Of a DNA stretch of 64,000 nucleotides, positions 9,047-17,917 are shown one piece after another. Source of the stretch: Thermoanaerobaculia bacterium (GTDB lineage Bacteria; Acidobacteriota; Thermoanaerobaculia; Multivoradales; JAGPDF01); NCBI GenBank assembly GCA_018057705.1, contig JAGPDF010000016.1, positions 5,016 to 69,015 of the forward strand. Reading direction: 5' to 3'. The notes under the pieces were generated by a model. That model saw nothing but the letters and a program-made list of their open reading frames with translations, was not told the origin of the DNA and made no database searches. A program made the translations under genes and the position numbers. Within the stretch, counting starts at the first letter, position 1, and every line of letters starts with the position of its first letter.

Positions 9047-10060
9047 TCAGGGGAGCCCGATGGCGATCGTCGAGATCGGCACCGGCATGAAACAGAGCAG
9101 GAAGATCGCCAGCGCCGCGATCGCCAGCCACCGGCGACGTCGGCCCAATGGCTGCGCCTCGTCCACCACCGGCGGATGGCGCAGGCCCAGCCACAGGACG
9201 ATCGCCGCCCAGAGAAACCATCCCAGCCACAGGAAGCCGCCAGCGACGAGGATGGCGAAGAGGAACGGCGTCATGCGTTCCTGTCGACGTCCGGCGACGG
9301 CGTAGAGCAGGTGTCCACCGTCCAACTGCGCCAGCGGCAAGAGGTTCAGCATGGTCGCGAAACATCCGACCCAGGCGGCGAGGACGAAGGGATGGGGATT
9401 GAGGATCATGTCCCCCGGCAGGTCACCGTGGAACCACAGAACCAGGCCCCGGTACAGGAGGTTGTTGCCAGGCAACGTGAGTGCCATCGCCTCGGAGCTG
9501 GCAGAAAGCCGGATGATGCGTGTCGGGACGGAGTGCGCCACTCCGTAGACCAGGATCGGCACGAGGACGAGAAAGCCCGCGATCGGACCGGCCACGCCGA
9601 CATCGAACAGCTCGCGCTTGTTGCGGAGGGTGGTGCGGATCCGGATGAAGGCGCCGAAGGTGCCGATGAGGAAGGGCGATGGCAGGAAGTACGGCGGACT
9701 CACCGGCAGCCCGTATCTCCGGCAGGCGATGTAATGCCCGAGCTCGTGGGCGAGGAGGATGGCCATGACCGGCAGGGCGTAGGCCAGACCCCATCCGAGG
9801 AGCTTCGGATCGGTCCAGACACGCGCGATGGTGTCGGGCAGCAGGAAAGGCAGGAGATCCGTGATGATGTCGGTACGCGCGCCGAGGAGAAATACGCCGC
9901 CGGCGGTCACGCAGGTGAAGAAGGTGCAGACGAAGAGCAAGAGAGCCAGCTGAAACTGCCGTGCTTGTCCTCGAAGCGGTTTCCCTGCCGAGAGCTGCCG
10001 CCCCGGGGTCAGCGGTCCCGGGAGGAGAGACAGATCCGGCGGTGGAATGGAGTCCGGCAA
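9047..10060 (-). CDS. site-2 protease family (peptidase M50) membrane metalloprotease
   Basis: The HELGHY zinc motif sits inside a TM helix, with an LDGGH second motif and a polytopic membrane topology. Confidence 0.7.
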   Translation of the reverse strand: MPDSIPPPDLSLLPGPLTPGRQLSAGKPLRGQARQFQLALLLFVCTFFTCVTAGGVFLLGARTDIITDLLPFLLPDTIARVWTDPKLLGWGLAYALPVMAILLAHELGHYIACRRYGLPVSPPYFLPSPFLIGTFGAFIRIRTTLRNKRELFDVGVAGPIAGFLVLVPILVYGVAHSVPTRIIRLSASSEAMALTLPGNNLLYRGLVLWFHGDLPGDMILNPHPFVLAAWVGCFATMLNLLPLAQLDGGHLLYAVAGRRQERMTPFLFAILVAGGFLWLGWFLWAAIVLWLGLRHPPVVDEAQPLGRRRRWLAIAALAIFLLCFMPVPISTIAIGLP

Positions 10061-10072
10061 GGCCGGGCCGGA

Positions 10073-10339
10073 TCAGAGGTTCTTGAGGTCTTTGCCGGGC
10101 TTGAAGCGCACGGTACGGCCGGGGGTGATGGCCACCTCGACACCGGTCTTCGGATTGCGGCCGACGCCCTTCTTGCGGTCTCGCACCTGAAAGACGCCGA
10201 AACCGCGCAGCTCGATCCGCCGGCCGTCGCAAAGGGCTTCCTTCATCGCATCGATGATCGTGTCGACCGCCTGGACGGCCTTCATCCTCGGCACGTTGGA
10301 GACGTCCGAGACCTTCATCACAATGTCCGCCTTGATCAT
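10073..10339 (-). CDS. HU/IHF family DNA-binding protein (IHF-alpha-like)
   Basis: The 88 aa product has the bacterial histone-like signature RGFGVFQVRDRKKGVGRNPKTGVEVAITPGRTVRFKPG. Confidence 0.8.
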   Translation of the reverse strand: MIKADIVMKVSDVSNVPRMKAVQAVDTIIDAMKEALCDGRRIELRGFGVFQVRDRKKGVGRNPKTGVEVAITPGRTVRFKPGKDLKNL

Positions 10340-10427
10340 CGTCCGCTTTGCCTTTCGGGGAATCTAGCCGCAACCGCCGGGAGAGTCAACGCGAACGGCG
10401 GGCCGGTCGCGGAATCCTCTTCCGCTG

Positions 10428-11936
10428 TCATGCCTTGCGCAGCTTCGATTGCATGATGCAGAGCTCGAAGGCGATCTCGGCCTTCGCGACGACACGCTGC
10501 AGATCGGAGAGGTCGCCGGCGGAGAGCTCGACTCCGGTCGTCGATCGCGGCTCGACGAGAAGCGCCGCGACGAGACGCTCCTTGACCTTGACCGGCAACA
10601 CCAGAACGTCCTTGCTGAGCGCCGGTGCCGCGAAACAAGCGGCCAGCAGGGCGTGCGCCGGCAGGGGCGAGAGCGGTCCGCGGAAGTAGGCGCCGGCCTC
10701 GCGCAGTCCCGCGAAGAGCGACGGCTGGGCGAGATCGAGACGCAGCGCTGCGAGTTTCCCCGCATCGATCCCCTCTCCTGACCCGAGCCAGCCGGCGATC
10801 TCCTGTCTGCGCACCACGAAGAGCACCGCGCGTGGCGTGACGCCGGCCGCGAAATCGAGGATGGCGCGCGCGACGTCGTCGCGTTCGCGGGTTTGCAGGA
10901 GGCGCTTCTCGGTCTCTTCGACCGTGAAGCGACGATGAGCGGCGGGCCGTGGCGGAGCCACAGGCGCCGCGGGAGCGACGGCAGCCGGCGATGCCGCCGG
11001 CGGTGGAGACGCGGCGATCGCAGGCGGTGGAGGAGCGGCAGCCGCGGCGGCGTTCTTCGGAGCCCGGGCCGGTTTCGCTGTCGCCGGCCGGGGGGGCGCA
11101 GGGGGTGGCGCTGGCGGCGCGGCGGTTGGCGATGGCGCCGGCGCCGGAGGCAACGCAGCAGGCGGCGGCGGGGGCGGTACGGCGGAGGGCGCGGGCGCCA
11201 TGGGGGCGAGCAGCGGCAGGTCGAGGGACTGGTGCTGGAACTGCGGCAGCTCGGGCGAGATCGGACCCGCACCGTCGGACCTTCCGGCGGGCTTGGCGGC
11301 CGATTTCCCGATGGCCGGGGCGGCAGCCGGGCCCGGGGGGACCTCCGCGGCGGCGTCGCCCGCGATCCGCGAATCCCACTGCAACTGGTCCCCAGACCGG
11401 CCGGCGGCTTCCTCCGATGCGACAGCCGAGGTGTCCCGCGCCCAGAGGAAGCGCGACCGGTTCATCTTGTCGAGCAGCTTCGCCATGCGTGCCGGGCACT
11501 CCTCGCCATGGTGCTTCTCGAGCGCTTCCATCAACCGGAGCTCGAGAGCCACGTACCAGCGAATCCGCTTGCCCACGACGAAGGAGATCTCGTCCTGGGC
11601 GGCCAGATCGCGGGCATCGATGAGCGCCACCTTCACCTGGGTCGAGCTGGCCTGGAAGGCGATGGCGTGACAGCGGCGGGCGACTTTGGACGGCAACAGC
11701 GCCAGGACGTCGTCGGGGATCCCCCGAAGTTCCTCCGGTGTCGCACACGGGGCGCCCTGCTGCTGCGCGAGGGCGCTGCAGAGCTCCTCTTCGCTCACCG
11801 CTTCGATCTCGAGCAGACAGGTTCCGAGACGCCCCCCGACGACCTTCTGATTGCGCAGCGCGCGCAGGAGCTGGTCCCGCGTGATCTGGCCACGCTGCTC
11901 GAGAAGCTCACCCAGGCGGAGTGCGGCAGTGCGCAA
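10428..11936 (-). CDS. MshEN (T2SS-E N-terminal) domain protein with Pro/Ala-rich linker and uncharacterized C-terminal domain; putative c-di-GMP receptor
   Basis: Residues 7-30 (RLGELLEQRGQITRDQLLRALRNQ) and 36-59 (RLGTCLLEIEAVSEEELCSALAQQ) match the tandem 24-residue MshEN c-di-GMP-binding motif. No AAA+ ATPase follows. The product is 502 aa. Confidence 0.6.
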   Translation of the reverse strand: MRTAALRLGELLEQRGQITRDQLLRALRNQKVVGGRLGTCLLEIEAVSEEELCSALAQQQGAPCATPEELRGIPDDVLALLPSKVARRCHAIAFQASSTQVKVALIDARDLAAQDEISFVVGKRIRWYVALELRLMEALEKHHGEECPARMAKLLDKMNRSRFLWARDTSAVASEEAAGRSGDQLQWDSRIAGDAAAEVPPGPAAAPAIGKSAAKPAGRSDGAGPISPELPQFQHQSLDLPLLAPMAPAPSAVPPPPPPAALPPAPAPSPTAAPPAPPPAPPRPATAKPARAPKNAAAAAAPPPPAIAASPPPAASPAAVAPAAPVAPPRPAAHRRFTVEETEKRLLQTRERDDVARAILDFAAGVTPRAVLFVVRRQEIAGWLGSGEGIDAGKLAALRLDLAQPSLFAGLREAGAYFRGPLSPLPAHALLAACFAAPALSKDVLVLPVKVKERLVAALLVEPRSTTGVELSAGDLSDLQRVVAKAEIAFELCIMQSKLRKA

Positions 11937-12045
11937 CGAACCTCCTAATTGTAAGAATCAAAAGAGACTTCTATCGGCTGGCAAGATATCAGGTTGGGGC
12001 CGGCGGGAAAAGTGCCAGTCCAGCTATGATTCCGGTGTGTGCGGC

Positions 12046-13932
12046 ATGAGAGTTTCCGTCCTGCTGGCCAGTCTGGCGCTCGGCGTCGTCCCGGTGGGCG
12101 CGGGGCAGCTTCCGGACTCGGCCGCTGCGTATCCCTTTCTCCTCGGAGGCGCCCTGCTGGCGGATGGCGAGAGCGAAGCGGCGCTCGCCGCCTTCGCCGA
12201 GGCGGCCGCCCTCGCCCCCGAAGATCCCTGGGTCCACCTCGAGTACGCCAGCGTGCTGGCGCGGGGCGGGCGGTTCGAAGAGGCGGCGGTCGAGGCGCGG
12301 ATCGCGCGTCAGTTCGCGCCGTCCGATCCCGAGGTGCAGCGCATCCAGGCGCGCATCGCCATGAACCTCGCGGACCGCAATCCTGCCGCGCGCATCGAAG
12401 CCCGCCTGGCCTTCGAGGGGGTTCTGCTCGCCGAACCCGACGACCTCGAGAGTCTCGTTGCCCTGGGCCAGATCTACCTCGGGGAGAGCTCGCCGCAGCG
12501 CGCCGTCGAGGTGTTGACCCGGGCTTCCGGGCTGCGCCCCGGGCAGCCGATGATCGAGGCGCTGCGGGCGCGGGCGCTCGTCGAGGCCGGTGATTCCCAG
12601 GCGGCGGAGTCGATTCTGCGTTCGATGCTCGCAGCCCAACCCGATCGTCTCGACAGCCGGCTGGAGCTCGCGGAGCTGTTGTCGAACCGGGGACTCCACT
12701 TCGAAGCGGCGGCCCTGCTCGCCGAAGCGCCCGAATCCCAGCAGCCGTCACCTGAGCTGCGCCGGCGGCGGGCGGTGGAGCTCTATCTCGACGGCGATCT
12801 GCCGAGCGCCGGCCTCGTCGCCCGTGGCCTGGTCGCCGAGTTTCCGGACAACAGCGCTGCCCGGGCACTACTGGCGACGATCGAGCAGGCGGACGGACGC
12901 TGGACGAGCGTGCTCGAGCTCATCGGCGACGTGGCGGAACGCACGCCGCTGAACGATCAGCTGAACCTCCTCGCGGTGCGGGCGCTCGAGCGCCTGGGCC
13001 GCATCGAAGAGGCGCTGGCCGCAATGGCCCGCAGACAGGTGGCACTGCAGGCCGCCGGACGACTGGGAGAGGCCCAGCTGGTGCAGGCGAGCGCGGTGCT
13101 GCTCGCGTCGCGCAACGACCGCACGGATCTCGCCGTGGAGATGGCCGCAAAGCTGTTCGAAGCCGAGCCGCCGGTCGATCCCGAGATCCTCATGCAGGTC
13201 CGTCTGCTGGTGGCCGATCTCGAGTACGAGCGCCGCGGTCTCGGTCCTGCGCTGGCGGTGCTCGGCGCCGCGGACTCCTCGCCCGCCGTCGCCAAGCGCT
13301 ACGAGCTTGCCGTGCGGGCCGGGGACGCGCCCTCGGCGGCGCGATGGCGGCAGCAGCTGGAGAGCGGATCCCTCGAGGCTGGGCTCGAGCTCGCGGCGGC
13401 CGAAGAGCGGCTGGAACGATTCGCGCAGGCGCTGCCCCTGATCGAGAGAGCACTGGCGGCCTCGCCGGAGTCGAGCGACCTGCGCTTCCGCAAGGCGACC
13501 GCCCTCGAGCGCAGCGGGCGGTTCGACGAGTCGGCAGGGCTCTTCGAGACGCTGATCGCCAGCGATCCGGAGCATGCGCCGGCCCTCAACTACCTGGGCT
13601 ACATGTGGATCGATCGCGGTGCCGAAATCGAGCAGGGCCTCGCGCTGGTGCGTCGGGCGTTGCAGATCGACGCCAACAACGGCGCCTACGTCGATTCCCT
13701 CGGCTGGGGGCTCTACCGGCTCGGGAGGTTCGCCGAGGCCTGCGAGGCGCTGGAACGCGCCGTCCGGCTGCTGCCGAACGACTCGACGGTGCTCGAGCAC
13801 CTGGGGGATGCCCTGCTCGCCCTGGGCGCCCGCGAGCGTGCCCGCGATGCCTACCGGCGGGCGCTGGCCCTGGCGCCGGAAGATACCGCCGGCCTCGCAG
13901 CCAAGCTGGCAGGTCTGGTCGGGAACTCCTAG
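12046..13932 (+). CDS. secreted tetratricopeptide-repeat (TPR) protein
   Basis: The N-terminus carries the signal peptide MRVSVLLASLALGVVPVGAG, and the body consists of many TPR-like helical repeats. The start was chosen at ATG 12046, downstream of the divergent gene's start. Confidence 0.65.
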   Translation: MRVSVLLASLALGVVPVGAGQLPDSAAAYPFLLGGALLADGESEAALAAFAEAAALAPEDPWVHLEYASVLARGGRFEEAAVEARIARQFAPSDPEVQRIQARIAMNLADRNPAARIEARLAFEGVLLAEPDDLESLVALGQIYLGESSPQRAVEVLTRASGLRPGQPMIEALRARALVEAGDSQAAESILRSMLAAQPDRLDSRLELAELLSNRGLHFEAAALLAEAPESQQPSPELRRRRAVELYLDGDLPSAGLVARGLVAEFPDNSAARALLATIEQADGRWTSVLELIGDVAERTPLNDQLNLLAVRALERLGRIEEALAAMARRQVALQAAGRLGEAQLVQASAVLLASRNDRTDLAVEMAAKLFEAEPPVDPEILMQVRLLVADLEYERRGLGPALAVLGAADSSPAVAKRYELAVRAGDAPSAARWRQQLESGSLEAGLELAAAEERLERFAQALPLIERALAASPESSDLRFRKATALERSGRFDESAGLFETLIASDPEHAPALNYLGYMWIDRGAEIEQGLALVRRALQIDANNGAYVDSLGWGLYRLGRFAEACEALERAVRLLPNDSTVLEHLGDALLALGARERARDAYRRALALAPEDTAGLAAKLAGLVGNS

Positions 13933-14713
13933 CCTGCGAAACGGCATCTCTCGCGCTCTCGTCCTGCTTGCCCTCGCGGCTGCGGGCTGCGCCTCCGGCG
14001 GGCCCGGCGGCCGCGCCTCCGGCTCCCAGGCTGCCGCTGCGCCGGCGGCCGTCCCGCCCGCCGCGCAGGTGGACGGCGGGACTTCAGCCGCCGGGCAGTG
14101 GCTGTTTCGCGCCGAGGTCTCGGGCGAAGAGGGCTCGGGGAGCCTGAAGCTCCTGTTGCGCCGCTTCGCCGGGGGGAGCTTCACCCTGGTGGCCTCGGAC
14201 GCGCTCGGGCAGCCACGTTGGGAGATCCGCCGCGACCACGACGAAGCCGTCTGGCTCGATCCGCAAGGAGGCCGGTTCTGCCGGCTCGACGCCCGGCTCC
14301 CGCTGCGCGCCACGCAGTGGGTTCCGAAGATTCAGCTCGCGGACTTCCCTGGACTCCTGATCGGCGAGTGGCCGACGGCGTCCGAGGTGGCGGCATCTGG
14401 CGCAGAGTCGGTGGAGGCGTCCGCGGCGCCGATGGTCCCGGCCGGTCAGCGGATCACCGGGGAACGCGGAGCGCTCGGATGGGCCAGCTGGACGCTGTGG
14501 GAAGAGGGAATCCCCGCGGTCTGGTACAAGCGGCTCGCCTCCGAGTCGCTGCTCTCCGTGCGACGTCCTTCGGTTCAGGTGCGCTGGCGAATGACCGCCC
14601 AGGGACCCCTTCCTCTGTCGCCGGAACAGGAGAGGAGCCCCTTCGCACTGCTGCCCGCAGAGCTCGCCGCGAGCTCCCGGGAGATCGAGTGCCCCGGAAA
14701 TGCGATTCCTTAG
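13847..14713 (+). CDS. outer-membrane lipoprotein, LolB-like by position (upstream of ispE)
   Basis: Carries the lipobox LAAAGC followed by a ~230 aa soluble domain. The conserved TPR-lolB-ispE-prs synteny supports the call. The only in-frame canonical start is ATG 13847, which overlaps the 3' end of the TPR gene by 86 nt. Confidence 0.4.
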   Translation: MPTGGRWPWRRKIPPASQPSWQVWSGTPSLRNGISRALVLLALAAAGCASGGPGGRASGSQAAAAPAAVPPAAQVDGGTSAAGQWLFRAEVSGEEGSGSLKLLLRRFAGGSFTLVASDALGQPRWEIRRDHDEAVWLDPQGGRFCRLDARLPLRATQWVPKIQLADFPGLLIGEWPTASEVAASGAESVEASAAPMVPAGQRITGERGALGWASWTLWEEGIPAVWYKRLASESLLSVRRPSVQVRWRMTAQGPLPLSPEQERSPFALLPAELAASSREIECPGNAIP

Positions 14714-15611
14714 CTTCGCGAAACTGAATCTTCACCTCGAGGTGCTGCAGCGCCGCGAGGACGGCTTCCACGAGTTGCGCACGATCTTTCAGACCATCGA
14801 TCTGGCCGACGAGATCGACCTCTTTCCGGGCCGGGCCGGCGGTCCCAGAATCGAGCTCGAGGTCGCCGGCACCGGTTCCGCCGGCCTCCCGGCCGACGAG
14901 TCGAACCTCGCCTGGCGGGCGGCGGATCGTTTTCTGGCCCACTGGGGGGAGCGGGGCGAGAGCGTGCGGATCCGGCTCGGGAAGCGCATCCCGATCGGCG
15001 GCGGGCTCGGTGGCGGGAGCTCGAACGCCGCCACGGTCCTGCTGGGACTCTGCGCGCTCCTGGGCCGGAACCCTGGCCTGGCGGCCCTCGAGGAGGTCGC
15101 CGCCGGCCTGGGCTCCGACGTGCCGTTCTTCCTGCATGGCGGCACGGGGCTCGGGACCGGGCGCGGCGAACGAATCGAGCGCCTGCCCGATCCGGCCCCT
15201 CCTCTCGAGCTCTGGCTGGCGGTGCCACCGGTGCAGGTCTCCACGCGGGAGGTCTTCTCGGCCCACCGCATCGATCCGTCGCCGGCTGAGCGGCGACCGA
15301 CCGAGGCGGAATCCGCCCGTCTTCCGGCGCCCTGGCGGCCGCTCGTGGGGTGGAACGATCTCGAGCCGACCTGTCTCGCGCTCTACCCGGCGGTCGGCGC
15401 CGTGTATAATCGGCTCTCCGAATCGGGGGCGCAGGCGGTTCGCCTGTCCGGAAGCGGCTCGACGATCTTCGCGCAGTTCGCTGATCGGGCATCGGGAGAA
15501 GCTGCCGGGCATCGGCTCGAAAGCGATTCGATCTGGTTGGCCGTCAAGACATTGAGTCGGGAAGAATGGCGACGCCGGAGTGGGCTGGACGCTCTGTCGG
15601 GAGGGAGTTGA
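14700..15611 (+). CDS. ispE: 4-(cytidine 5'-diphospho)-2-C-methyl-D-erythritol kinase
   Basis: Has the GHMP kinase motif IPIGGGLGGGSSNAA and begins MRFLSFAKLNLHLEV. Confidence 0.85.
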   Translation: MRFLSFAKLNLHLEVLQRREDGFHELRTIFQTIDLADEIDLFPGRAGGPRIELEVAGTGSAGLPADESNLAWRAADRFLAHWGERGESVRIRLGKRIPIGGGLGGGSSNAATVLLGLCALLGRNPGLAALEEVAAGLGSDVPFFLHGGTGLGTGRGERIERLPDPAPPLELWLAVPPVQVSTREVFSAHRIDPSPAERRPTEAESARLPAPWRPLVGWNDLEPTCLALYPAVGAVYNRLSESGAQAVRLSGSGSTIFAQFADRASGEAAGHRLESDSIWLAVKTLSREEWRRRSGLDALSGGS

Positions 15612-15612
15612 C

Positions 15613-16032
15613 GTGGAGATCACCGACGTCCGGGTCTATCCCGCGCGTGACGAAAAGGTCCGCGCCTTCGTCTCGATCGTTTTCGACCGGTGCTTCATGG
15701 TCAACGACATCAAGGTCATCCAGGGAAAGGATGGCCTGTTCGTCAGCATGCCGAGCCGCAAGCGCAAGAGCGGTGAGTTCAAGGACGTCGCGCATCCCCT
15801 GAATTCCGAGACCCGCAAGTGGGTGGAGGAGAGGATCCTCGGTGTCTACCAGGCCAATCTGGACGGAACGGTCTGCGAGGGGGCGTCGATCTCGTCGCCG
15901 CTCTCGCCCGAGGCCGGCACTCGACCCGGGGAGGCGGCGGGACAGCCTCAACTGGGGAAGGGAATCGGCGAGAGGTCGCTCGAAGAGGTCGAGCGGCTGC
16001 AGTTCGGAGACTCTTTCTGGGAAGTGTCCTGA
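15613..16032 (+). CDS. spoVG: septation protein SpoVG family
   Basis: The product begins VEITDVRVYPARDEKVRAFVSIVFDRCFMVNDIKVIQGKDGLFVSMPSRKRKSGEFKDVAHPLNSETR. A GTG start is preceded by GGGAGGGA, and there is a ~45 aa low-complexity C-terminal tail. Confidence 0.8.
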   Translation: MEITDVRVYPARDEKVRAFVSIVFDRCFMVNDIKVIQGKDGLFVSMPSRKRKSGEFKDVAHPLNSETRKWVEERILGVYQANLDGTVCEGASISSPLSPEAGTRPGEAAGQPQLGKGIGERSLEEVERLQFGDSFWEVS

Positions 16033-16077
16033 GCAGGGAGATAGAGTTGCCGGCAAGCGTGGCCGGCATGCAGATCG

Positions 16078-16152
16078 TGGGGCGTCGCCAAGCGGTAAGG
16101 CACGAGACTTTGGATCTCGCATTCGGAGGTTCGAATCCTCCCGCCCCAACCA
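16078..16152 (+). tRNA. tRNA-Gln (anticodon UUG)
   Basis: The sequence is TGGGGCGTCGCCAAGCGGTAAGGCACGAGACTTTGGATCTCGCATTCGGAGGTTCGAATCCTCCCGCCCCAACCA. It has a 7 bp acceptor stem, a GGTTCGAATCC T-arm, the anticodon loop CTTTGGA and an encoded CCA, and is near-identical in layout to E. coli tRNA-Gln. Confidence 0.85.
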
Positions 16153-16257
16153 GATATGGCCGTGCAGGACTCGCGGACGAGCGTGGCAGTCGGCAGTGCC
16201 AGAGATAGCGGCGACGATTCAGGACCTTGAGACATTGACTCCGAGACCCCATCCTCA

Positions 16258-17226
16258 ATGAGAACACCGAAGAGAGACGGCGACCACTACGGCGGCCTCA
16301 AGATTTTCAGCGGACGCGCCCACCCTGCGCTGACGCAGGAGATCTGTGACTACCTCGGAGTCTCGCCGGGCAACTCGTCCGCCTACAACTTCTCGGACGG
16401 CGAGACCTTCTGCCAGATCGACGAGAACGTGCGCGGCTCGGACGTCTTCATCATCCAGCCCACCTGCTCGCCGGTGAACGAGAACCTGATGGAGCTGCTG
16501 ATCCTGCTCGACGCCTTCAAGCGCTCATCGGCGTCGCGCGTCACCGCCGTGCTGCCGTACTACGGTTATGCCCGGCAGGACAAGAAGGACCAGCCGCGGG
16601 TGCCGATCACGGCCAAGCTCGTGGCCGATCTCATCTCCCGCGCGGGGGCCGACCGCGTACTCTGCATGGATCTCCACGCGCCGCAGATCCAGGGCTTCTT
16701 CGACGTCCCCGTGGACCATCTGTTCGCCGCGCCGGTGCTGCTCGAAGCGATTCGCGCGCTGGAGATTCCGGAGCTCGTCATCGTCTCGCCCGACGCCGGA
16801 GGCGTGGAACGCGCGCGCGCCATCGCCAAGCGGCTCTCGGCAGGCCTCGCGATCATCGACAAGCGGCGAACGGCGCCGAATGTCGCCGAAGTCATGCACA
16901 TCATCGGTGACGTCGAGGGCCGCCATGTACTCATTCTCGACGACATCATCGATACGGCGGGGACGCTCTCCAAGACGGTCGAAGCGCTCGCCGCCCAGGG
17001 CGCGCAGCGCATCCTGGCCGCCGGTGTCCACGGCGTTCTCTCCGGGCCCGCCCTGCAGCGCATCGAACAGTCGCCTCTCGAGCAGGTGCTGATCACCAAC
17101 ACGACTCCGGTCGGGGAGAAGCTCCAGAAGAGCTCGAAGCTCCGTTCACTATCGGTCGCGCCGCTGCTGGGCGAAGCCATTCGCAGAATCCACGAGAACA
17201 GCTCGGTCAGCTCGCTGTTCGTCTAG
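16258..17226 (+). CDS. prs: ribose-phosphate pyrophosphokinase
   Basis: Contains the PRPP-binding motif VLILDDIIDTAGTL and the sequence GGLKIFSGRAHPALTQEI, and is 322 aa. Confidence 0.85.
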   Translation: MRTPKRDGDHYGGLKIFSGRAHPALTQEICDYLGVSPGNSSAYNFSDGETFCQIDENVRGSDVFIIQPTCSPVNENLMELLILLDAFKRSSASRVTAVLPYYGYARQDKKDQPRVPITAKLVADLISRAGADRVLCMDLHAPQIQGFFDVPVDHLFAAPVLLEAIRALEIPELVIVSPDAGGVERARAIAKRLSAGLAIIDKRRTAPNVAEVMHIIGDVEGRHVLILDDIIDTAGTLSKTVEALAAQGAQRILAAGVHGVLSGPALQRIEQSPLEQVLITNTTPVGEKLQKSSKLRSLSVAPLLGEAIRRIHENSSVSSLFV

Positions 17227-17245
17227 ACGAGAAGGGAACAAGACA

Positions 17246-17917
17246 ATGACCCAGGACCTCACCATCGAAGTGCTCCGCCGGGAAGAGACCGGCAAGTCTG
17301 CCAACCGCCGCCTGCGTCGTGAGGCGATGATTCCGGCTGTCGTTTACGGCGGAGGCAAGGAACCGATCGCCATCCGGGTGCCGCGCAAGACCCTGATCGA
17401 CCTGTTCAAGTCCGGCGGCAGCGAGAACCGGATCTTCCAGCTGAAGCTCGCCGATACCGGGCAGAGCCGGCACGCGATGATCAAGGACATGCAGGTGCAT
17501 CCGATCACCCGCCAGGTCGAGCACGTCGATTTCATGCGCATCGACATGGCGAAGCGGATTCGTGTGCGCGTGCACGTCACGCTCGAGGGCATCGCCTACG
17601 GTGTTCGCACCGAGGGCGGCCTGCTCGACTTCGTGACCCGCGAAGTCGAAGTCGAATGCCTCCCGACAGCGATCCCGCAGGAGATCAAGGTCGACGTCTC
17701 CGAAGTGCGGGTCGGCCAGCATCTCGAAGTCAAGGACCTCGCCCTGCCGGAAGGGGTGAAGGTCATCGAGGATGCCGACCGCGTGATCCTCTCCGTCGCC
17801 CATGCCAAGGTGGAAGCCGCCGCCGTCGCCGGCGCCGAGGGCGCCGTCGAGCCCGAGGTCATCGCGAAGGGCAAGAAGGACGAAGAGAAGGAGAAGGAGA
17901 AGGAGAAGGGGTCGTAA
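17246..17917 (+). CDS. rplY: 50S ribosomal protein L25 / general stress protein Ctc
   Basis: The product covers the full-length L25/Ctc fold plus a beta-barrel domain, and ends in an acidic KDEEKEKEKEKGS tail. Confidence 0.85.
   Translation: MTQDLTIEVLRREETGKSANRRLRREAMIPAVVYGGGKEPIAIRVPRKTLIDLFKSGGSENRIFQLKLADTGQSRHAMIKDMQVHPITRQVEHVDFMRIDMAKRIRVRVHVTLEGIAYGVRTEGGLLDFVTREVEVECLPTAIPQEIKVDVSEVRVGQHLEVKDLALPEGVKVIEDADRVILSVAHAKVEAAAVAGAEGAVEPEVIAKGKKDEEKEKEKEKGS

Noticed and set aside
10336-11748. Alternative-frame ORFs 10336..11748 and 10364..11272 (minus strand) with Arg-rich products.
   Set aside because: Both are off-frame within the MshEN-domain gene, which has clear motif support in its own frame.
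16040-16260. Possible integrated element at tRNA-Gln.
   Set aside because: The tRNA is flanked directly by spoVG and prs in a conserved arrangement, and there is no integrase, direct-repeat att site or foreign-GC segment.
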